From Antedon mediterranea (taxonomy: Eukaryota > Animalia > Echinodermata), in contig NC_092671.1 in the NCBI RefSeq assembly GCF_964355755.1, positions 22,704,070-22,768,069 on the forward strand: 64,000 nucleotides of DNA, in the 5' to 3' direction. Each line of letters opens with the position of its first letter. Position 1 is the first letter of the stretch. Shown piece after piece: positions 26,396 to 39,345 of the stretch. Position numbers and translations under genes: made by a program. Below the pieces are notes generated by a model. It had not been told where the DNA came from and made no database searches. It worked only from the letters and a program-made list of their open reading frames with translations.

Positions 26396-27124
26396 ACCTT
26401 GAAATACCGGAATAGTGTCCGGCGGAGTTTTGTTTTTTACCAACCCCAAACTAGTTCTAGAAATACCGGGATGGTGGCGGCGGGGATAGTTTCACTATGT
26501 AGTTTAAGTTCTATTTATTTGTTGTTAGCCGAAACCATTCAAATTCATTTCAATATAATGTTTTTTATATGTTTACAAATGACAATAAATTAACTTGACT
26601 TGACTGTAATTAGGTGATCATTTGGAATAAAATGATCCCCTATTGTTATTGTATGAAATCTTTATTATTCTTCTTCTTTATTTACCACCGCCAATCGATC
26701 GGGTGTGTTTGTTACTTGAAAAAATAAAATTTTGCCAAGTATAGTATTTACTTTGTTTGTATGTATGTTTGTTTGTATGTATGTTTGTTTGTTTGTATGT
26801 ATGTATGTTTGTTTGTTACCACGATAGCGCCTACAGTTTTCAAGTTATCGTTCAAACACTCCTCTACCATTATTCTGGTTAATCTTGAGTTTAGAAAGGT
26901 CATTATTGCAATGCCGGGATTATTCAAAATTATTTAAACAAATTATTAACCCCATCAGGATTTGAACCATGTAAGGCTAATACATAAAGCAAAAAAATGT
27001 ATCTTTCAACATGCTCCCAATCAGTGGATATATTTTGCCAAGTACTCAGTTTTTGAGTGCTTTCATCTGTTTGTTTGTTAGCAGGATTACTCAAAAAGTA
27101 ATAGTAATAGATAGTGTAATATAG

Positions 27125-27435
27125 TGTTATGAGGTTTCTGACTTGTAATGAAGACTCTTACTCGCTTGACTGTAGTAACACATATATTGTTTATTCAATA
27201 ATACATTATATACTCAATACAATACAATATAGAAACAGGAACAGAGGATACAGTGATGCTGTCGGTGAGGTGTGAGGTGTGTAGATCTGCTTCTGGAGAA
27301 GTGGCTGTGAGGTGTGTGTGGGCTCTTCTGAAACTTGGAGGTATATTGGCTTTGGTTCATTAGCATACTGATTGGTCCTAAGTTTATCCAAGGGTGTTTA
27401 AGTGGGAGTGATTGATCTTATCTGGGGAGGTTACA
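27125..27435 (-). mobile_element. Possible solo LTR
   Basis: TGTTATGAGG..GAGGTTACA ends, compositional shift, AATAAA on the minus strand; TSD imperfect (ATAG/ATGA). Confidence 0.35.
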
Positions 27436-27558
27436 ATGATGAATTGGCCCTGTCGAATCTCTGCTTAAAACTGTCAATATCTAATTGTTTTAAGATGGGA
27501 ACGGTTAGAGAGGTCAAATAACCTGTTTACTTTTGGGATTTAATTATGAACTAAATAG

Positions 27559-29650
27559 ACATTAAACATCTGGATAATTTCTCCACTGGTCTTTCTGGGG
27601 AAAGTTCGTGAACTTAGTTGAATTCTAATACAAAGGTTGATTTCTTAATTATAAATGTATATCATTACATTACATCCCTATGTTTCCCTTTTTTTTCTAA
27701 TCTATTTAAAATATAAAAATGGTTATAATAGTGGCATGCAAAATTAAAGTTATATAAAAGAAAAAAACATTATTATACACATAAGCAAAATTGAGTTAGC
27801 CAAAACCATTGACTCTGAAGTGTAACCTTATCACTTTCACTCTCTCTCTTCTCTCTCTTAAAAAAAATTAAAATTAAAAAGTGAATTTTGTATAAAATTC
27901 AAAAATTCTTAAACATAATTTTGGAAAAAAAGAATGTATAAAAAACGAAAGTGTTGTTCAAGATCGACGTAATTGTGGGCCCATTGCTTTGGAGGCATGC
28001 TACACTCGGATTACCGCAATAAAGACATCACAACGGTGGAGTTTCCCTAAAGAACATCGGTCAGGAAGGCAGCAACTCTTGTTAATTATGCAATCTAATC
28101 TATAATAACGGGATTCGCGTAAAACAAACAAAAATTGGTTAAAAATAAAAATACAAAACTTAAAAATAGTATGTTACATTGAACATACATCAAATCGTGC
28201 GACAACTTATCGCATTCTATTGGCCTTCGAACAAAATCAATCAAATTAAAACATAAAACTCAAGAAAACTGTGGCTGATTAGCCTAAAATCAATAATTTA
28301 CTCAAAATATCAACTTATCCACAATATATCGTTATCATCACAACTTTATCGATTTAAGCATTTTTATTCACAGGTAATTACGATTTTAATTGGTCGACAA
28401 ATTCGGCTTTTGTACTCAATGTTAAAAAAAATCTCCTGTTTTTGTATATCAATTAATTAATGCTTGAGATTAACGAATCAAAGGTTAAACAAAATATTTG
28501 TTACAAAATGATTGTCGTTCTTTTCAATATCGCAATATATAGATCATCAAAATTCAAAATTAATCATTATCAAAAAACTCAATACAAAATCAATACTTAA
28601 ACATAAATTCAATTCTCTTTTAACTGAAATCACATCATTACTAAACAAATCTCATCAAATACGTAGACTATGCTATCATTAATTTAGCAAATGTCGTAAT
28701 TATAAAAAAAATTCTTGCAAAAAAAAGAAATTAAATCAGTAACTTGTTGCATTATAGAAACGTTTTATGAATCGTTTTGCCGATCCACTAATCGGTATCT
28801 GTTTATCATTAATAATCTCTTTAATCAATTTCGTTATATCTGTCGATATTCCACCAAAATTTGCAATCATTAGATTCGTGTTTTGTTTTATCAGTGTTGC
28901 GTTTGGCTGAAGTCGGTTTAGAATACGAAACTAAAACTTGGAAATGTCCTGCTTTAAATCTACCTCGGTTTAATGTCATATTAGAATCATTAGGTGCTGT
29001 CATAATTAGATTAGTCTGTTCCTTAATTTGTTCTTCTTTCATTTGCAATGGGGCTGCTAATCCCATGTTATTCTCTACACAGTCAATGTAAGGTTGCAAG
29101 TTAAGGGGTTCTACTTTAGTTGGATGTGTAAAGGTATTAGACTGCAATTGGGCTGGTGTCCTATCATGTTCGTCGACAAATTAAACATTGTTTTCGTCAT
29201 TTACTACGTTAACAGTGTTCTGAATTTTTCATTATTATTGGTGGGTTTATTCAACAATTATTTTAACAATTTAAAAAACAATTTTAGTGTATACCATGAA
29301 CTTTCACACAGGGTTACAATTCAAAAATCAAAACGGTTCTGACTTACCCCAAGTGCTTCGGATCCAATTAAAAATGAATTAAAGGAAATGCTAATTAAAA
29401 GTGTTCAACAATGTCCAAATGTTCAAACAACGAATTAAAGAAACGCTAAAAGTGTTAATCAATGTTCAAATGGTCAAAATAAAAAAGTAAATGTTCAAAA
29501 AATGTTCTAAAAAAAACACTGGCGTGAAGTTGTAACATTAAACATCTGGATAATTTCTCCACTGGTCTTTCTGGGGCAAGTTCGTGAACTTAGTTTAATT
29601 CTAATACAAAGGTTGATTTCTTAATTATAAATGTATATCATTACATTACA
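27559..29650 (-). mobile_element. Small non-autonomous LTR element (TRIM/LARD-like)
   Basis: ~118-bp near-identical direct repeats at 27559-27674 and 29532-29650 (TGTAA..TTACA); purine tract AAAAAAAAGGGAAACATAGGGA precedes the 3' LTR on the minus strand; no pol; no canonical TGG PBS. Confidence 0.65.
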
Positions 29651-30894
29651 ATAGATATGTGGTCAAGGACCATTCCATTCAATTTTGGGACCACGGACCC
29701 AATTATGGACCACTTTTTAATATACTTTTCAGACCTGCTAGTGTTAAAAAATAGGACAGAAATTTCAAAAGCCGGTGAGCAGTCTTAAAGTAACAAGTAA
29801 ACTAAAATTGTATTTTATCGAGAAGTACTTGTCTAAAACATTTAAAATCATTTTTGTACAAGAGGTAAGAGTTATATTTTGTGATTTGTAATTTTAAAAC
29901 ATAATTAGATTCAATTTACAAGTTTTTTTATGCGAGTTGTTTCAAAACCCTATTTCTTTTCAAATTCACTCGTTTGATTTTTCGCGTTTCTGTTCTATTG
30001 TTAGTGGACTGAAGCTATTGTTAGTTGAAAGGCGGGTTACATTTTACACCGAACTTGAATACACATGCTAATAGTGCAATTAGCTTAATTAACACGCAGC
30101 AGTAAGACACGCACTTTCCAGTGACTAAATCTGATGTAGAAGAATTTTACAGGCGGAGGTATGCACTCTCGGAGTGGTTTTCTAGTTTCTTTCTGTACAG
30201 ATTTTGTGTAACAAATATCTAAAAAAGTTTAATGTCAATGATTACCAAAATGTCTTAATGTCTTTCAAATACTTTAACTTAGTTCTAATAAGCTCTTCAG
30301 AGTGATCACTCATCCATGACATCATTTAGTCAAGGTAAAAAATATTAGCAAATAAAAACTGAGGTGTACACAAGGTAATGCGCGTGAAATCGCGTGTTAA
30401 AAATTTAAAAAGCTCAAAAATTACATTTTGATCAATTTAGAGCATGAATTAGGCCATTTGCATGTTTTAAAAGATTACTGTGCAAAAACACGTTTTTGCG
30501 CACGCGATTCTTAAAAAGCCAAAAAAAAATTTGATGTATATATCACATTCTACTCACAATCCTTAGTACATTCACTGATTTTGAGTCCATTCCGACTAAA
30601 AATAACGCTATATGAGCACCTCAAAAAAGAAACTCTTCATAACTCTTCAGAATGCAAGATGACCCCTAATTTTTTTGACTTATTCGGGAAGCCAACAAAA
30701 TGTTGTGACGTCATCAAATGAACACTTGAATTTAATAAATATTCATCGACCAAAGTAAAAATAATCTAGATCGTAACATCATTTTATCGCGACCAAAATA
30801 AACGCGACCTATTTTGAACGCGACTGATATCATCGTAAATGTTGGAGTGACTCCGGCATGGTTTCCACTTCTTCAGATGGTGCTTTGCAGTGCG

Positions 30895-31070
30895 ACAACG
30901 TGGGGGCGACTGTGCGTTGGGACGACTTTACGAATGGGCGATTTTGCGATGGGGTGACTGTGTCGGGTCGACTTTGTTTTGGGGCGACTTTACAATGGGG
31001 CGACTTTGTAAGGGGCAACTTTGTAAGGGGCAACTTTGTAAGGGGCGACTTTGTATGGGGCGACTTATGC
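30895..31070. repeat. GGGGCGACTTTG-type ~15-bp subterminal repeats of a MITE end; opposite-orientation end at 34351-34455
   Basis: About ten GGG(G)C(G/A)ACTTT units here and AAGTCGCCCC units at 34362-34455. They face outward, so they are not one element. Confidence 0.7.
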
Positions 31071-32099
31071 AAACACAGTAACCTTTATAGCTACGATCTC
31101 TACATATTTGGGGTCAATTTGGATTTTACGAATCTCATGTTTTACGTACGCCTTTCGATCTCGTATGAACTGTGATTAAAAAATACACAATAGGCGCGTG
31201 CGTCTACTTGTTTAACTATTAAATTATTTCGACATTTTCAAAACACTGGCATGCCAATCTTTTAAAAAACTTGCACAATAAAAAAAAACATTTTTAAAAT
31301 GATTTTCTAAAAGAACACATTACCATTCATTGAAACCTATAGAGATGAACACAAATTATTAGAATAGGAGAAAAACATTTATATTACATAGCCTATGTAA
31401 ATACATGAACGTGAATAGTTGAAACTGCATCCCATGACTACTGCTGCGAGGATCCTAAATCGTATATTTCCCCGAGTACGATGATATTGACCGAGTCATT
31501 TTCGCATGATTATCGTGTCCTTGTCATTAAATATATAAAATCCAGTAAATTTTCGAGTACGATGATATTGACTGTGTAATTTTCGTTAAATGAAATGGTA
31601 CTCACACGTAAAAATCATGATAAAGACACGTCTAATTAGCCGGAAATGACACTTTAATAATAGCGCACTCGCAATTGGCAAAACGATCATATCCTACTTT
31701 TTTTTACGTCAAGGGGTTTTCCCAAACCATAAAGATTTCCACTGGCTAGTTCCTGAACAACATCACCATGAGTGTAATTTGGGATGGACCTGTCTATATT
31801 GTTCTTTCGTAAAAGTTCCCACCGCCGGTACATCAAAGTTTGCAATTTTTCAGTCAAGTTCACTCCTTTGCAAACTACAGAAAAATAGCGTTGTAGAATC
31901 AATTGGTACGTTATTAAATCAGTGTTCATAAAATAAAACACGACTTGATATGAAATGTAACTAATATGCTAAAAAGCGGTCTGCAAATCGATTTCTATAC
32001 GTGTTTCACAAGTTTGTATTTTCAGACAAAATTCAAAACGACGACGTGGGAGATGACATAAAAAAGACAATAAATACAGACTTGGAGCAAATCTAATCA

Positions 32100-33445
32100 T
32101 ATTTATTACAGTATTTACAGTATATGTTATATACAGTGTAGCATAGAGACCCATCTTTTAAATCCAATTATTAACACAATGATGTTATCAAATTGACATA
32201 AAAAAATAACAATTTAAGAAGACAATTATCTAATTAATTACATTATTACAAATTTGAAGAATTTTGGGCAAGTAAAAGGTGAGATGCGCTCTTGTTTAAA
32301 CGCAATGAACTTTTACGCAAGAGATGAAAATATGACTTTTTGAATTCAACTGGCCATATGATGACGTCACAACATCTGATTAGCAAAATATTCACATGAA
32401 TTCGTATCTACAATCCAATAGCTTCCAGAAAACGTTTTAATCATGATTATCACTTTATTCTGACGAGCTATAACAGATTGAAATTTAGTGTAAAGATGAA
32501 AATAAGTGACCCACATTATTTACATTTTTAGACATGATGACGTCATAAAAATTAAAATATTTTTAACTCATTCGAATAATAGAATCTAAAATCATTAAAA
32601 TCTAGGGGTAAATGGAATATGTATAAGCTCTGTTGAATGTGATGAGCAATAACAAAAGAGACAAAAATCCTATATCTTACATCCATGTGGCTATACGATG
32701 ACGTTATAACATCTGAGAGGTACAATAAAAATTCTGAATGAATTCATACAGTATCTACAATTTATCTTCTTACATAATAAGCCAAAAAAATTTGGGGGTC
32801 ACCATTGATCCTGAAGAGCTATAATAGATTCAAAATTGGAATTATTTTGAAAATTTATTTTATAACTTTTTCAACTAAAACGCGCACAAATGGTCTAAAT
32901 CAACGTGTTCGTATGACATCATTTAATTTGAAATGATGTCCATCTTTTTTAAAATTGATGTAAAATCATAATTCAAGAGAAAAACACATGATTTTCATGC
33001 TTCGTGCGCACCTTACGCGTAAAGTTTTTTCGAGCAGGTGGGAATTTTTGACATGTTCAAAATTTTATGATCAGCGTAGAAAGTTGAATAGAAATTATTT
33101 TGCGCATTTTGAAATGCATGTGCGCGCGTAACATCTTGTGAAACATGCCATTTTTAATCCATAGAAAGTTTGTCCTTGATATGACTTAAATTTTCACCAA
33201 GTGTCAATACAAAATGACTTTTGGTTTATAATCTATGATCAATCATTGAAATTCATAAAATCGCGCGTAACTTACGCTGCGCGAGTCTAACGTCATATAA
33301 CAAAGTTTAGTTTCTTGCACATCTACAACTACAGGTCAATCTTATGACAAAGTTATACAATCTTATTATGTTGACCGGAATTAGAGATACGCTGCCAACA
33401 AAATTCTGGGGAAGAAAGAAGAATAACATGGAAGAAACCAAACAA
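32100..33445 (-). mobile_element. Helentron family A body lacking recognisable termini
   Basis: Colinear with 1300-2680. Confidence 0.75.
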
Positions 33446-33604
33446 ATGCATCGGTAGCGCTTCAATTTTATCAGTTTCTAAAAGAATTAACCTTTGAAAT
33501 TTGTAATACCATTAATAATCAATTTCAAACAGGTGACTGCTCTCTGGTGGTAGGATTTGTTGCTTTGGTGGTATCTGGTGGTGTTTAGTGGGACCCTATC
33601 ACGA

Positions 33605-33890
33605 CCAATTTCAAGCCCTACTCAACTGACACCGAACTGATTAGCCTTCTAATATTATTCAGACTTTTGAAAAAGCAAATCACTACTGTATCAATAGCCT
33701 CTTTGTTGGAAAGAAAATTATATGTTTGAATCATGTCCCCTCTATGTCGTCTTTCTTCTAAGGACTAAGGTTGTTAAATCAAAAACTTTTAACCTATCTG
33801 CATAGGGCATGCCATGCAAACTAGGTGGTAGCCTAGTTGCTCTCCTCTGAACTTTTTCTAATAAAAGAATGTCTTTCCTTAGTTGAGGTC
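33605..33890 (-). mobile_element. CR1-type LINE fragment
   Basis: Minus-strand translation PQLRKDILLLEKVQRRATRLPPSLHGMPYADRLKVFDLTTL..RR..RGDMIQTY. Confidence 0.75.
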
Positions 33891-33911
33891 TAATTTAATT
33901 AGTATTTATTT

Positions 33912-34212
33912 ACCGGCCTAGTTAGGCACCTAACTAGGCCTAGGCTAGGCCTAGGCTAGTCACGCTAGGCCTAGCCTAGTCTAACTACTAGGTCTGCCTA
34001 GCTATTATTATATAATAGCGCCCTTGGGTCTGCCTTAGCTATTATTATATAATAGGCCTAGGTCCTACTAGGAGTAGGCTAGCCAGCCTAGCGGCTAGGC
34101 CGGCCTACAGGCCTAGGCCTAACTATTAAGGCCTGGCCCTAGACCCTAGGCTAGGCTAGTTTCGTTTAATTTTCGTGAATACCACACCTTAGAATTAAGC
34201 GTAGGCCTAGTG
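33912..34212. repeat. (TAGGC/GCCTA) palindromic low-complexity tract
   Basis: Dense TAGGCCTA/CTAG units; a similar tract at 17050-17265. Confidence 0.8.
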
Positions 34213-34913
34213 TACTTTTATGAAGGTCAATCACATAAAAAGTAACAAATCAATCGATGATTTTACAGACGTGTTTTACACACACGCAGAGGTGGGATGA
34301 TGATATATATGGATACAGGTCAACCCGTACCCATGCCGGATGCTAGATATGGATGCTAGTCAAGTCGCCCCTACGCAAAGTCGCCCCATCGCGCAAAGTC
34401 GCCCCACAACAAGGTCTCCCCAAAACAAAGTCGCCTCATCTCAAAAAGTCGCACCAACGACGGGTGTGTAGAAAGCGACGACCTCGAATTGGACGACCCC
34501 AACGACCCGGGCGACCTCGAATTGAACGACCTCGAATTGAACGACCCATAACACGAAACCGACGACCCCTATAGCCTAGCCTAGCCCAGGCCTAAGTGTG
34601 GTATAACATCCCGAAGCCGAACATAGCCAAAGATCTTTAAACTATACCTTATTATATAATACTCGCAAGCAAGCAATTGATTGAAAAAATACAGAAATAT
34701 CGCCATTTGATACTGATTTGTGTCGACACGAACAAACGAAAAGATATGGAACGCCAATAGTGCATCATTAAAACTGCATTCGACATATTAAAAATAAATT
34801 AAAAAGAAATAAATATTATACAATACATGGTTAAACCATGGACGTATAATTACATCTCGTCTTCTTATAACGAACACTATAGGCCTACCAAGCAGCGTAA
34901 CATGTGCATGGGG

Positions 34914-37610
34914 GGATATGACCGGTTGGGCCGCCGACAAGTTGAGCCGCCGGTAATTTCTATGAAACGGCCAGTGCGTCTTTTACGACATTTCGCGTAG
35001 TGATAGAGTGGTGTCCTAGTAACGACAAGAAGTGATTACACAAGTGCGGTACGATTCTAGGCCTATCTCCGCTGTTGTTGCGGCGTGCGATTTTATAGAA
35101 GAATAGCGGCGTTTTGTGTGGATTGTCGAAATAATCAGCCTTTAGTTTATGGTGTTTTTAATATAATTTATTACTAAAGAATTACGTGTTAAAATTATAG
35201 TTTCTAATTATTAGTCTCTAAACCCATGTCTATTCTAGTAGTAGCTGTGTGGGTGTGTGTGACGTGTGTGTGTTAGGTATGACCAAAGATAGTTACACTA
35301 TCTTTGGAATGACACAATCCGAGTAATAAGTCAGCAAAATTAAACAATAAACATTACACAAAAATACATTTTTTATTCTCGTGGGTCAAATCTTCCCATC
35401 TCATGTGTTCATATACGCGCATTTTTAAAGTTCCTTTGAGTACATGCATATATTGTTGTTTGATAATAAAATAGCAGAATTAAAAAAATACAGTACACAA
35501 ATTATACACATTCTTTATTCTTGTGGGTCTAAGCTTTCTTTGGGCTATGTCCAATGAATTACTACTTAGTTTAATGTCTTGCCTAGCTGTCGATTAGCCT
35601 CGGCTTGACACATTTTGTGTGAAGAAGAGTGCGCGAAGGCAATCACGTGAATTGACTTACCGTACGGCGATTGAAATACACGTTTATTTGGTTTTTACCC
35701 TTGGGGTAAAACCCATACGACGTTCGTACGAATAAACAAAGTACCGGTAAGCTGACACGAAACCAATTAAGATCGGAATTCTTAGGTCAAAAAGCGCCCT
35801 CTGTGCGTCGACCCATATCAATTGACATGGCGTGTTGACAAATTCAACTGGATATTGCATGTCGTTTCGCGCGCGAATCGTTCGATTATTATTTTTCAAT
35901 CGACAACCAGACCTATATATTTATAATACATCGAATACAATTTACTTTTTAAATAAATAATGATCGAAAATCCTGCTAACGTATGTTGTTTGTTGACCAC
36001 GTGTATTTATCGTGCGAGCCGAACTATTGTTGTGGAAATTCCATTTAATGTACACGCACTGTACCCCTCTTGTAAAAATCACCACGTGTATTTATCGTGC
36101 GAGCCGAACTATTGTTGTGGAAATTCCATTTAATGTACACGCACTGTACCCCTCTTTTAAAAATCACCACGTGTATTTATCGTGCGAGCCGAACTATTGT
36201 TGTGAAAATTCCATTTAATGTACACGCACTGTACCCCTCTTGTAAAAATTACCACGTGTATTCATCGTGCGAGCCGAACTATTGTTGTAAAAATTCCATT
36301 TAACACGCACTGTACCCCTCTTATCGTGCGAGCCGAACGGTTGATGTGGTAATTCACAGACACCAGGCTACCACAATACAGAACTCCCTGCCGTTACATG
36401 TACATTGAGCCACCGATTCGCAAGTTCAGGTCACCGGAAAAAAACCAACGAGTTGATTATTTATATATAATTTTACAAAACAATAGATATACATTCGCAT
36501 TAACGAAAAAGAACATTTTAAACAATAATTGTTAAACAATCAGAAAGCTTATTTGAGGTCGCGATTTGACATGACCCCGTTAACGCTTGATTAATTATAC
36601 CCCGAGGCAGCGTGTAATTGGAATGGGATTGAAATAACCAGTAAAGTTGGTGGATTTTTCGTCCAGATGGTTTTCTAATTTTTTATAGCCAGAGGCGTAA
36701 GTTAATTGCCACACGCGACCTCACAGTTGGAAGTACACGGTAGTTTCAGTCCCGTCCGAACGGGCCCTTAGATCGTATCGCACTTGTGTAATCACTTCTT
36801 GTTGCTATACGGTTGGGTGCACACGGAACAACAAATTTAACTGATGAATTATTCATGTTTATTTTGTGACGTTTCATGAGGGGTCCCCAACTTATGTACG
36901 AAAAAAAAAATCGCGTCCTAGTAGGCCCTACATAAGTTCATGGTCTTTAGGTTTATTGTGTCATGAAAATAAATAATAATTACATACTACAATTTTGTTG
37001 GTTTGAAACAGCAAAGGAAAGTAGTCATATTTAATAATTTAATTGTTTTTAATCTTTCAAGGTAAAAATGCAGTGCACTCCATAATATTTTTCTCGCGTG
37101 TATGCCTACCACGTAAAATCACGTTGTCTCTCAGGACTAATAGAGTATTGATATTCTTCGAATGAGGTTAAATAATTATTATTTTTTATTTACTATCTTT
37201 TAATATCATATTTTATTGAATTTTACAATGTTAATACACAAAATATTTTACTAAAAAACGGTGATTTTATGCAATTATTTTACATCAACTGCCGCCTGAG
37301 GGGGCAACATGTTTACGTCATTTTTGGCTAAAAACGATCATTTTCGGTCATGTTTTAGGCCTTATATTTTGGAATCTACAAGTCAGATATTCATAATTAT
37401 TTCTCTTTAATTATAATATTTAATAATATATACTAAAAACCGTGATATATAAACTTTGGAATATACATCGTTATATCTAATAATTAATATAAATAGAACT
37501 TCTATTAAATAGAAACGAGCACCGGCGAAAGTAAGCATTTGGCGTTTCATAGAAAATAACGTTTTTCTGGCGGCGCCTCAACTTGTCGGCGGCTCAACTT
37601 GGACTAATCC
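34914..37610. mobile_element. Non-autonomous MULE/MuDR-like element
   Basis: 9-bp TSD TGCATGGGG (34905-34913, 37611-37619); GGAT..ATCC termini with imperfect TIR (GCCGCCGACAAGTTGAG / CTCAACTTGTCGGCGGC); empty site visible at 49796-49810. Confidence 0.8.
35996..36340 (+). repeat. 85-bp minisatellite, about 4 copies
   Basis: ACCACGTGTATT(T/C)ATCGTGCGAGCCGAAC at 35996, 36081, 36166 and 36251, partial at 36322. Confidence 0.95.
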
Positions 37611-37939
37611 TGCATGGGGAGGGCCATAAGAAAGCTTTACATTTCACACATGCATTGTATACGGTCAAACCATGGAGGTATTTTTATACCTCCATGGTCA
37701 AACCGTCAAACCTTACCTGCCGCTGCCGCTATTTCGTGTGCTAATCGAGTCGAATGCAGTTTTAATGATGCACTCTTGGCGTTCCATATCTGTTCGTTTG
37801 TTCGTGTCGACACATTCAGTATCAAATGGAGGTATATTCAGAGCGTCATTTCGACGATCGAGCATTCTCTACTTCTACGGAGCGCCATTTATGCCTTTAT
37901 TTACTTACGAAATAGAAATAGTACTACGGTAGCTGCATC

Positions 37940-38660
37940 AGTGGACCAAATTTAGCACTAGTGGAGCACAGTGATATAAAATAGAAATAAGTCACTACAT
38001 TTTAATATCTTTTCGTATTAATACACTGTGCTCAAGTGGACACAATTTGGAGCCAGGGGAGCACAGTGATATAAAATAGAAAAAAGTCACTGAATTTTAA
38101 TATCTTTTCGTATGTTAATACACTGTGCTCAAGTGGACCCAATTTGGAGCCAGTGGAGCACAGTGATATAAAATAGAAAAAAGTCACTGCATTTTAATAT
38201 TTTTTCGTATGTTAATACACTGTGCTCAAGTGGACCAAATTTGGCGCCAGGAGAGCACAGTGATATAAAATAGAAATAAGTCATTGAATGTTAATATATT
38301 TTTGTATGTTAATACACTGTGCTCAAGTGGACCCAATTTGGCGCCAGTGGAGCACAGTGATATAAAATGGAAAAAGTCACTGAATTTTAATATCTTTTCG
38401 AATTTAATATACACTATGCTCAAGTGGACCCGATTTGGAGCCAGGGGAGCACTGTGATATAAAATAGAAATAAGTCACTGAATTTTAATATCTTTTCGTA
38501 TGTTAATACACTGTGCTTACGTGAACCCAATTTGGCGCGCGCGCCAGTGAGCACAGTAATATAACATAGAAAAAAGTCACTAAATGTTAATATCTTTTTT
38601 GTATGTTAATACACAGCGCTCAAGTGGACCCAATTTGGCACCAATGGGAGCACAGGGAAA
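37940..38660 (+). repeat. 97-bp tandem repeat, about 7 copies; inverted array at 40420-41064 continuing at 45076-45145
   Basis: GAGCACAGTGATATAAAA at 37964, 38059, 38156, 38253 and 38350 onward; each unit also contains the inverted CACTGTGCTC. Confidence 0.95.
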
Positions 38661-38910
38661 TAGTCACATACAAAAACATCGAGAAAAAATACTTCTGGAA
38701 TTAAAAAATATTTCAAACTTGGTATATATGTTGAATATTGGTTACTCCATCCGTAAACCAAAAGAAAAAATAGTTTCAAGCCACATCAGTGATTTTAATA
38801 ACTTGCGTTCGATTAAGATAATACTTATGAAAAAACATATCCGACACATAATATGTTAAACTCTAATAACAAAAAAAAACGGTTAGGAATTCGATTTTTC
38901 CCTGTAAATT

Positions 38911-39345
38911 GATTCAAGATTCAAGATTCAAGAAATTTTTATTTGTCCATAAAAATAGAAATTCACTTTGCTTGGTAGATTAAAACAACAGTATTGCAAA
39001 AATTATAAAACGTGCAGTATTATAACAGATTAAAAATACAAGATAAAAAGTTAAAAATACTGTTAAAAATGTAAAACTATTAAAAATTGCATTAACGTCT
39101 TACATTAGAATTAAAAATATGAATGCTATTTACAACGAAGGATTTTCTAGTTCTACAAAGATTTGCTCTTGGAGGTCGTAGCCTAATGCCTGATCTATTT
39201 AAGTTATAACAGTAATGTAACGGATGAGTGGGGTCTTTCATAATATTGTTTACTTTTTTTAGAATACTCTTTTCATAGATAAATGAACAAGGCGTTAGAT
39301 CAGCTTTAATAATACGTTGTGCAATTTTACATGGTCTCTCAATAT
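38911..39345 (-). mobile_element. 5'-truncated Rex1/Babar-like LINE
   Basis: IMKDPTHPLH...LNRSG.RLR......RTRKSFV..SI..FN C-terminus; (TTGAATC)n tail; ATTGA on both flanks; absent from the mirror arm at 40155-40170. Confidence 0.75.

Larger units (their letters stand above)
26678..30185 (+). mobile_element. Helentron/HINE-like element, family C, with nested LTR-derived inserts
   Basis: Starts TTATTTACCACCGCC; internal (GTTT/GTAT)n microsatellite 26753-26817; ends GGCGGAGGTA (inverted subTIR), CACTC-TCG-GAGTG hairpin, CTAG 30182-30185, in a T-rich site. Confidence 0.7.
26609..30740 (+). mobile_element. Helentron family B copy split by a family C element
   Basis: 5' hairpin TAGGTGATCATTT..AAATGATCCCCTA at 26611-26642 and (TTC)n tract to 26677; body resumes at 30186 (TTCTTTCTGTACAGATTTTGTGTAACAAATATC), as in 4770-4810. 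Confidence 0.75.

Noticed and set aside
30830-31175. Repetitive ORFs (TKSPL, GDFVRG) and the similar one at 34353-34574
   Set aside because: Translations of MITE subterminal repeats, open in several frames.
34170-34300. Candidate WDSUB1 non-coding first exon
   Set aside because: Only a weak minus-strand donor next to a TAGGCCTA tract; not supportable without transcripts.
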